A stretch of DNA of 64,000 bases from Spirochaetia bacterium (lineage in GTDB: Bacteria; Spirochaetota; Spirochaetia; SZUA-6; Bin103), in the NCBI GenBank assembly GCA_965203905.1, contig CBDBDQ010000005.1, forward strand, positions 4,064,001 to 4,128,000. The letters are read 5' to 3'. The position numbers and the translations under genes are program-made. The notes beneath the pieces were generated by a model. It was not told where the DNA came from. It saw only the letters and a program-made list of their open reading frames with translations, and searched no databases. Position 1 is the stretch's first letter, and every line of letters starts with the position of its first letter. Shown one piece after another: positions 57,064 through 64,000 of the stretch.

Positions 57064-60000
57064 TTTGTGCACCAGAGATGGGTGGCGATGTCCCGGCCAT
57101 CGTGGGGGACCTACGTGTCGATCTCCGGTTCGGTAGAGGTTTGGAGGATCGCATGACGGCTCGATGCGACACGGCGGCGTGAGCTTCTGCCGTGGCGCGC
57201 TCGGCGTTGAGGGCGAGCAGGCGGGCGAGGACTTCGTCACGGACAGTATCAGGCCAGCGGTAGCGGTAGGGCTTCTTCTTGCGGCCCCAGGTGGCCTCGT
57301 CGATTTCGTAGTCGAGGAAGAAGTCGCAGTCGGTGGCTATGTCGGTCCAGCCGTATGCGTCGAGGACGGCTCGGTCCATGGCCGCATGGAGTTCCCGCAG
57401 TTTGGCAATCCTCGTGCCTGTATCGTAGAGGTCGTGGAAGCGGTTGTAGGTCTTGGTCATGCCCTCGTCGTGATCGACCATGAGTGCGGCGCGGTAGTCG
57501 TAGTAAGTCTGCCCCGCGGCTTCAAGGTATGCGTCGGTATCCCGTGCTTCCGGGAACGGGAACGTCTCGAAGCAGTCGGATGGTGTGTAGCGGAGGTCAT
57601 CCTTCATCGAGGATCCGAAGAAGCGTGCCCAAATCTCGTGTACGCGGGACTGTAGAGAACAGAATGAGGAGTATGAATCTATTCGAAAAACGTTATGTGG
57701 CATCGCATATACTATACCCACTGGTAGGAAAGTGAACTGCAGGTGACTCCCTACATTTCCATGAAACAACACCCGTTTGAGTCCCTTGATGGCTGAATAT
57801 AACTCGGGCCTAGGACCGAAGAACTGCCACCACTTTGTTCTCGCTATAATATGATTTTTTGTTTCTCGATCCGGTCTTACACGATCTTCGATCATCGCTA
57901 TTAACGTGGGCCATCGACTACGGCATTCAGCCTCGGTTCGCTCGCCGAAGTTGATTACGTAGCGATGGTGCGCGTGAGTCGGGCTTGTGTTCACCTCCTC
58001 GCCACCGATGTAGGGGAAAATGACTTCTCGGTTGCGTGGATCGGATTCGATGAGCCGCTGCATTTCGGCGATTGAGCACGCAACGCCTCTTCGGTCGGTG
58101 TCATCGAAGGTGAAGCCCATACCGAGGACGTAACTTCCGACGAAGCTCTTGCCGGCGTTGGCTGCCAGCCGTGCCGGGTCCGCGTGGCCGCCCTGGTGGA
58201 ACAGAAACGCGGTGATATTGTCTACGCTCGCACCGTCTAGCACCTTGCGCAGGCGAAACGCCCCCTTGCCGATGTGGAGGACACTTACGATGACAGCGGC
58301 TTCGCCGGGCCACTGGACCCGCTTGGTAGCGCGGTAGATCTCGCCTTCATGCTCGCAGATCCAGCGTAGACCGCTGGAGCGGGTGTCGCCCTGGGCGATG
58401 GTGTTGGTGGCGATCAGGCCGAGTGTACCGCCCTCTCGTAGCAGAGTGAATGCGCGCCGGTAGAAGTGCGCCACGAGGTCGGCATTGCCGTGGCTCTCTT
58501 CATGCAGATCTTTGAGCCAGCTCGGATAGCCTCCAACGTTGCCGGCCGCGATGCTGTTCTTACCTGCGAATGGCGGGTTGCCGACGAAGCCGTGGAAGCC
58601 GGGGTTGTCGCGCTCGAAAACCTCGGGGAACTCAATTTCCCAGTGGAAAGGAGCGAACGGCAGTTCCGCGTGGCGGCGCCCCTCCATCTCGACAGCGTGA
58701 CGCCACGACTCCCCGGTGAGGATGGCCTCCTGGTACGCAGAGCGCCGTGACTCGCGCTCCTTTGGCTTGGCGCCCTCAAAGAATGCCGCGAGCACGAGAT
58801 CGCCAAAAAGGCGTACCTCGGAGACCGCATCCTGAGCTTCGCGCCAGAGGTTCTGCAAGCGGCGTTCGTCGACGGTGTCGTCGGCTTCGCGAATCTGGTG
58901 CCGCAGCTCCGATGCCGCTTGCACGGCCTCGCGGACGCCGAAGCCAGCCAGGATCGGCTGCCCTCCCTTCCAGTTCAGCGCCTCGATCTGGCGCCGGGTC
59001 AGGCCGACGAGCGAGTCGCCGTGACGGAACGCATGGTCGACGAAGGTGAGCGGATGGTCGCGCGCCAGCGTGCTCAGCCAGAGAGAGACCTTGGCAAGGT
59101 CGACGGCCATGGGGTTGCGGTCGATGCCGTAGAGGCACTTTTGCGCGATCAAGCGCCGAGCGTAGATCACCTCGTCTTCGTCAGCCGGGATCATGGGCAT
59201 CGCGCCATGCGCGCCCCACGCGTCGATCAGAGCGTCGGCAAGCTGGCGACATGTCTCGACCAGGAATGCCCCAGAGCCCATGGCCGGGTCGCAGATCTTG
59301 AGGTCCAGGATCTGCTCAGGGGTCGGCGTCCGGCCGTCGTCGCCTCGCAGCCGATCGAGGAGGGGTGCGAGGGTATGGCGAACGATCGGCTCGGTGAGTT
59401 CGCGCGGCGTGTAGTGGGAGCCCGAGCGCCGCCGCTCCGCGTTGGGCTGCAGCACCAGTGCGCCGGGCGGGGCGATGTCCGGCGTCGCGTCCCGGTCCAG
59501 CAGCCGGTCCAGCGCCACGTGCAGGTCGTCCACCCTGTCCGCGGCGCGGAGCCCTTTCGCGACCTTGTCCGTTATTGTGCGGTCCGCGCGCTGTTGTAGC
59601 CACCTCGCGCGGCGGGCGTTCGGCTGAGCCAGCAGCGCGTCGAGATCGATCGTGTTCGGCGCTCCCAGCTTCTTGGCCGGCTTGATGGCGACCGAGCGGC
59701 CGGTGGCGGTCTCCAGGCGAAAGCCCATGATGGTCTCGTACACGGAGCCGATCTGCTCTACGTCGAGCGTGCGGTAGGAGATGCGCTCACCGTCGAGAAC
59801 GAGCAGCTTCTCCAGCACGCGGTAGATGACGCCGTCGGAGATGCGTGGCGCCACGACGCGCTCAATCGTCTGCCGGACACCGCCGCCGCGGCGGCCCTCG
59901 AGAAATCGGAAACGGTCCGGGTCGAACAGTGTGCCACGGCGTTCCGGCAGGTTGATGGCGCCCCCGGTGCGATGGGCGCGAGCCCCATCGTGAATGAGGC

Positions 60001-61069
60001 GAAACAGCACGAGAAGCTGCGCCCAGGCGCCGAAGCGCTGGTCCATGGTGTCGGGGTTGAGGGCGGCATCCTCGCGCAAGCGCTGGTAGAGCCCGGTGAG
60101 CGAGTAGTAACGCGCGAAGCTCTCATGTTCCGGCAGCATCCCGCGTTCCTCCGCGTAGAGCAGGAAGACCAGGCGCAGGATGACAGAGAGCAGGCCGCGA
60201 TAGATGTCGTTGCGGTCGCCGTCCTCGGAGAGCGGCTCGCGCAGGAGTTGGCCGCCGGAGGAGTCGTGAGCGCTTTGGAAGCCGCGGAGGAGTTCGTACA
60301 GGGCGTGCAACACCTGCTCGGAGAGGCGCTCGGAAACCTCGTTCTGGTATTTGCGGCTGCTATCGAGCAGGGCGGCGAGCCGTTGTTCGCGCGGTAGCGC
60401 CAGCAGGCGCTGTTCGGACAGCAGCAGGCGCAACGCGGAGCAGAGCGGGCGCCCGGCGGTAGTGATCAGATCCGAGAAGCGGAAGTCCATCCAGCCGGAG
60501 CTCTCCCCGCGGGGAGCGGAGATCAGGCGGAGCGCGACTCCGTTGAACAGCACGCCGGCGGGAACGCCGGTGCCGCGGAGCAGGCGCTCTGCCCGGCCCT
60601 GGGGAGATGTCTCCAGTCCGCCGGCACCGGTGCTCACCTTGTCGAAGCCTTGCCCGGCGTCGAGCACCTGCACCAGCAGTTGCCACGGTGACGTGCCGTT
60701 CTGCGGATCGCGTTCGCGCACCGCAAAGTCCGGGCGGAGCGTCTCACCGTATTCCGGGAGAACGACCGCCAGATCAGCCGGAACGGGGTTTTCTGCCGTG
60801 CCTGCGTAGCCCTTCGACGAAAAGCCCCAGCCTAGGACGGCGTTCGCCAACTCTTGGAAGTCTCGCGCGCACGGCTCGGGATCGTGTCCTGGGAAAACCA
60901 CCCGTTGTTCGACACACCCAGCGAGCAGCGCCTGCCCCTCCGCATCCTGTCGGTTCAGGATCGCTCCCGCCTTGACCAGCGCCGGAGCGGAGACGACCAA
61001 TCCGTTCGGCTGGATGAAACCCAGCCACTCCAGGTGGGAGCGTGTGTTCGATTCTTGTTGCGCGGCCAC
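57056..61069 (-). CDS. drmMI: DISARM class I adenine methyltransferase DrmMI
   Basis: LDVEQIGSVYE, RRSGSHYTP, DPAMGSGAFL, GNPPF, DLRYTPSDCFETFPFP, EVLARLLALN; located between drmD and drmA. Confidence 0.88.
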   Translation of the reverse strand: MAAQQESNTRSHLEWLGFIQPNGLVVSAPALVKAGAILNRQDAEGQALLAGCVEQRVVFPGHDPEPCARDFQELANAVLGWGFSSKGYAGTAENPVPADLAVVLPEYGETLRPDFAVRERDPQNGTSPWQLLVQVLDAGQGFDKVSTGAGGLETSPQGRAERLLRGTGVPAGVLFNGVALRLISAPRGESSGWMDFRFSDLITTAGRPLCSALRLLLSEQRLLALPREQRLAALLDSSRKYQNEVSERLSEQVLHALYELLRGFQSAHDSSGGQLLREPLSEDGDRNDIYRGLLSVILRLVFLLYAEERGMLPEHESFARYYSLTGLYQRLREDAALNPDTMDQRFGAWAQLLVLFRLIHDGARAHRTGGAINLPERRGTLFDPDRFRFLEGRRGGGVRQTIERVVAPRISDGVIYRVLEKLLVLDGERISYRTLDVEQIGSVYETIMGFRLETATGRSVAIKPAKKLGAPNTIDLDALLAQPNARRARWLQQRADRTITDKVAKGLRAADRVDDLHVALDRLLDRDATPDIAPPGALVLQPNAERRRSGSHYTPRELTEPIVRHTLAPLLDRLRGDDGRTPTPEQILDLKICDPAMGSGAFLVETCRQLADALIDAWGAHGAMPMIPADEDEVIYARRLIAQKCLYGIDRNPMAVDLAKVSLWLSTLARDHPLTFVDHAFRHGDSLVGLTRRQIEALNWKGGQPILAGFGVREAVQAASELRHQIREADDTVDERRLQNLWREAQDAVSEVRLFGDLVLAAFFEGAKPKERESRRSAYQEAILTGESWRHAVEMEGRRHAELPFAPFHWEIEFPEVFERDNPGFHGFVGNPPFAGKNSIAAGNVGGYPSWLKDLHEESHGNADLVAHFYRRAFTLLREGGTLGLIATNTIAQGDTRSSGLRWICEHEGEIYRATKRVQWPGEAAVIVSVLHIGKGAFRLRKVLDGASVDNITAFLFHQGGHADPARLAANAGKSFVGSYVLGMGFTFDDTDRRGVACSIAEMQRLIESDPRNREVIFPYIGGEEVNTSPTHAHHRYVINFGERTEAECRSRWPTLIAMIEDRVRPDRETKNHIIARTKWWQFFGPRPELYSAIKGLKRVLFHGNVGSHLQFTFLPVGIVYAMPHNVFRIDSYSSFCSLQSRVHEIWARFFGSSMKDDLRYTPSDCFETFPFPEARDTDAYLEAAGQTYYDYRAALMVDHDEGMTKTYNRFHDLYDTGTRIAKLRELHAAMDRAVLDAYGWTDIATDCDFFLDYEIDEATWGRKKKPYRYRWPDTVRDEVLARLLALNAERATAEAHAAVSHRAVMRSSKPLPNRRSTRRSPTMAGTSPPISGAQSG

Positions 61070-61072
61070 CGT

Positions 61073-61552
61073 CTAGCAACCTGTTAAGCTGCCACAGAGA
61101 TTGTCACTACTTAGCAGCCTCTGGTGCGAGGAAGTAAACCGCCGTTGAAGATCACCTCGTGTCGTATACACTTTTCCGGCCGGCCCTGAAATGATGTCCG
61201 TATTCACAAAGTCGTTCGTCAGTTTTCCGTCATCGGTAAAGAGAAAACGAGCCCCGCTTGCCAATGCAAGGGCGAGTATGTGCCGGTCGTTTGACCTGAT
61301 CCGTCCGCCGAGTTGCTCCTCGACTTCCTTAATCATAGACAGCCTTATTATCCGAACTCTCCTACCGAGTCTGCGAGCCTCCAGGAACCATCTTTCGAAG
61401 TTCTTGTTGTGAGTCAGCTCTCTGATGTTCTTTCCGCCAACGACGAGTTCGCCCCGTCCGTCTTCCAACCATTGCCGAAATCTCCTGCCTGGCTCAGTCT
61501 GTTTCGGCCCCACTAACTGGTACACTACGTCGGCGTCGACGATGGCGCACAT
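61073..61552 (-). CDS. PIN-domain protein, putative RNase
   Basis: CAIVDADV, REL, SNDRHILALALASGARFLFTDDGKL acidic tetrad pattern; TGATG-coupled to the upstream ATPase. Confidence 0.75.
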   Translation of the reverse strand: MCAIVDADVVYQLVGPKQTEPGRRFRQWLEDGRGELVVGGKNIRELTHNKNFERWFLEARRLGRRVRIIRLSMIKEVEEQLGGRIRSNDRHILALALASGARFLFTDDGKLTNDFVNTDIISGPAGKVYTTRGDLQRRFTSSHQRLLSSDNLCGSLTGC

Positions 61553-62898
61553 CAGTAATCGATCACCCGATTCAGTTCGTCTCTGAAGAAACCCCGGTAT
61601 CCTTCTGGTGCATCAAGAACGTTGCCTTCGTCGTCAATGCGAATCGAGTGAATCGTGACGGACAGGTCATCACGCTCGAAATACAGGATCGATACGTCGT
61701 CGGGCTTGAGATTCGTGGTCTTGTCCCGAATGTCGAGTAGAATACGGTCGACAATGTAGTCACTGTGGGTCTCGACGATGAGTTGACGGCCAGACGCTGC
61801 AGTGGCACAGAATAGGCTCCCGAGAGCCGCCTGAGCACTTGGATGGAGATGGACTTCTGGCTGTTGGAAAAGAAACATCTGCGCTCCCCTAGCACGAAAT
61901 ATCTCCGTAAGGACAGGTAGAACTTGGCTTACACCGTATCCAACATCAATTAGATTGCGTTTCGGTCCCTTCCTCCTGATTCCAAACTTCCGAACCTGTA
62001 ACTGAAAGGGACCTCCCTCCATGTTACCGAGTTGTTTCACATCTATTTCATCAAACAAGCCGGAATCACGGCCGAATCGTTCCAGCTCTTCTTTCAAGGC
62101 ATTCCACTGTTTCTCATCTCGGAAGTTGACGTTAGCTAGAAGAGTAGGGACATACGCTCCTTCGGGATCTGGTGTAGGTCTCAGGGGGTCATATGTGCGG
62201 CGTGGACTCGATCGAATTGGAGCACTTGCAAACGCCGGAGAGCCCGCCCTATGGGACATAGGGTCACGGAGTAGCTGAATCACCTTAGAACCTATGTCCT
62301 GACTCAATACGGATCGAGGTCCTGCTAGTCTCTTGAGTGTCTGTGGTTTCTCCATGGCTTCCTCTAACTCCCTTCGTATTCGAAAAAAGTACGGTGCGCT
62401 GAAAATTGGGGTATACGAACTACGGGGATAATCATATCTTGTCGTATAACGCCACGAACTGTCCTCGTGTCCAAAGTCGATGGTTAACTTGCGATCATCA
62501 GACCCAAAGAAATTCACCCATATGCTTCCTCGATATAGAGAAACTGTAGCAGGAACCGGTACAGCAGAGTGTGAAGTAAATGTCACGTCAACATTGATTC
62601 TCCTGCGTCTTAAAGTTCCGCTGAATCCGATTTCAAAACATCCGGGAGAACCGCGACGGGGTCCTTGACTATGCACAATCTCAGAAAACGCACCAAGGTC
62701 ATATGGCCTCGATCTGAAGTCCGGATCGATCTGTTGAAATACCGTGTCCCATATCGCACGTACTGCCGCGAGAAACGACGTCTTTCCGGTACTGTTTTCT
62801 CCTACTAGCAAGGTTAGCGGCGCCAAACGAGCGATCTGTTGATCACCAAAGCAACGGAAGTCTCGAATCCTAATTTCGTCGACATATTGCTGAGCCAT
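61552..62898 (-). CDS. ABC/AAA_21-type ATPase (DUF3696-like C-terminus)
   Basis: IRDFRCF..LLVGENSTGKTS, DVGYGVSQVLP, FQQPEVHLHP, VETHSD, IDDEGN...GFF. Confidence 0.88.
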   Translation of the reverse strand: MAQQYVDEIRIRDFRCFGDQQIARLAPLTLLVGENSTGKTSFLAAVRAIWDTVFQQIDPDFRSRPYDLGAFSEIVHSQGPRRGSPGCFEIGFSGTLRRRRINVDVTFTSHSAVPVPATVSLYRGSIWVNFFGSDDRKLTIDFGHEDSSWRYTTRYDYPRSSYTPIFSAPYFFRIRRELEEAMEKPQTLKRLAGPRSVLSQDIGSKVIQLLRDPMSHRAGSPAFASAPIRSSPRRTYDPLRPTPDPEGAYVPTLLANVNFRDEKQWNALKEELERFGRDSGLFDEIDVKQLGNMEGGPFQLQVRKFGIRRKGPKRNLIDVGYGVSQVLPVLTEIFRARGAQMFLFQQPEVHLHPSAQAALGSLFCATAASGRQLIVETHSDYIVDRILLDIRDKTTNLKPDDVSILYFERDDLSVTIHSIRIDDEGNVLDAPEGYRGFFRDELNRVIDY

Positions 62899-62910
62899 GC
62901 AGCTTCTCCT

Positions 62911-64000
62911 CTAATTCGTATCCGGCCAAAGATACACCAGACCAACCGGCTCCACGCGTGGAGCGCGAACTTCGTAAAACTGGCGAATTCGGGACGGCTC
63001 GGTTTCGAGGTCGCGGTTGAACTGGGTGAGGCGCCTGCGCCATGCGGCGACGTCGGCCTGCCGCTGGCGTTCCTCTGCTTCGTTTAGCCCAAGCGTGAGT
63101 TGGTCCTTGGCAGCCTCGTGTTTGGCGAGCTCCGCTTCGACTCGCTGGCGCTGGCGTTCCAGGGTCACGTGGAGCTGACGGGCCTCACTCTCGCCGCGAT
63201 CGCGCAGGGCGTCGGCCGCGATGCGGGCGACCTGTTTGGCTCGCTCTTTCAGTTGCGGCAGCAGGTCTGTGATGTCCTGGGCGGCGGTCTCCAGCAGACG
63301 GCGATGAATGGTCTCGCTTGGGCCGTGGGCGTCCACCAGCGCGGACTCCAGGCGTTGGAGGGTTCGCGCCTCGGCTTCCCCGGCGTACGCCCTGAGCGGT
63401 CCCGCGCGTCTTGACGGCTCGATCCAGCGGGCGGCGACCGGCGTCAGGATCTCGTGCAGGCGTTCGGCCCGGCGGCCGTACAGGCACAGCCGGCCCAACA
63501 GGATCACCCGCGGGATCGAGTCGGCCGCCTGTACCAGGCAGGCGCGGGACAGGTCGTGGTGGACGAAACCCTGGGCGCGGAAGCGGGCCAGCAGGCGCTG
63601 CGCCATCCGCTGCTCCAGGTGCAGGTGCACCGTGTCGTCGGTGAGCACGCCGGCGTCCTCGAACACGACCGGGCGGATCGGCGCTTCGCGCCGCCACTCG
63701 GCCAGTTTCTGGTTGCGCCTGCGCGGCACGCGCAGGGTGTCCAGGGTACTGGTCCAACTCGCATCCGCCAGCGTCTGGCCGTTGAGGGCCGGGAACGTCC
63801 AGACCCGGGAGCCATCAGCGGCACGCTCTTCCTGCAACGGTTGGGCGCCCAGCAACTCCAGCGAGCAGGACATCGCGTCACGGAACGGCTGCGGCTCGAA
63901 GTCCACCCAGCGGCGGGACCGATCCAGCAGCCCCCGGCAGCGCTCGATCTGCTCCTTCAGGTCTTCCTGGCGTTCGCGCGCCGCTTCGAGCTCCTCGGCC
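62911..64000 (-). CDS. drmD: DISARM SNF2-like helicase DrmD, C-terminal part (starts outside the window)
   Basis: Open from the window edge (EELEAARERQEDLKEQIERC...); VHLHLEQR, GRLCLYG..AERLHE, FYEVRAPRVEPVGLVYLWP terminus; upstream of drmMI. Helicase motifs are not in the window. Confidence 0.8.
   Translation of the reverse strand, partial: AEELEAARERQEDLKEQIERCRGLLDRSRRWVDFEPQPFRDAMSCSLELLGAQPLQEERAADGSRVWTFPALNGQTLADASWTSTLDTLRVPRRRNQKLAEWRREAPIRPVVFEDAGVLTDDTVHLHLEQRMAQRLLARFRAQGFVHHDLSRACLVQAADSIPRVILLGRLCLYGRRAERLHEILTPVAARWIEPSRRAGPLRAYAGEAEARTLQRLESALVDAHGPSETIHRRLLETAAQDITDLLPQLKERAKQVARIAADALRDRGESEARQLHVTLERQRQRVEAELAKHEAAKDQLTLGLNEAEERQRQADVAAWRRRLTQFNRDLETEPSRIRQFYEVRAPRVEPVGLVYLWPDTN

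Overview
Very GC-rich bacterial chromosome segment. The gene set and the signal-peptide style suggest a Spirochaetota member, but that is inference. The left ~29.7 kb is housekeeping: an HNH/DUF222-type ORF cut by the window edge, tRNA-Asp and tRNA-Pro, a LysM-M23 peptidase, aroB, a hrpA-like helicase, a ClpX-like ATPase, pcnB, RluA, prfB with a programmed +1 frameshift, ftsY, a lolCDE-like set, clpC, a TPR protein, a methyltransferase, efp and epmA. The right ~34 kb is an accessory/defence region abutting the epmA start codon. It holds a class I DISARM locus on the minus strand (drmD partial, drmMI, drmA, drmB, drmC) with toxin-like cargo in its junctions: an ABC ATPase + PIN pair, a GNAT-PIN-PUA-like + ASCH pair, a decayed ABC ATPase + DUF4276 pair, and a small unannotated gene + HEPN pair. 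Downstream lie two collapsed relics of the same locus, giving three drmC 3' ends in total. Between the relics sit a peptide/oligosaccharide ABC uptake and catabolic block and debris of IS1634, a group II intron and a serine recombinase. The most unusual element is a ~122-aa unannotated gene family in five copies. The four copies that keep their 5' end each have their own apparently leaderless sigma70-type promoter, internal alleles are shuffled between copies, and only one intact HEPN partner remains. All family assignments come from motif recognition by eye; no searches were run.
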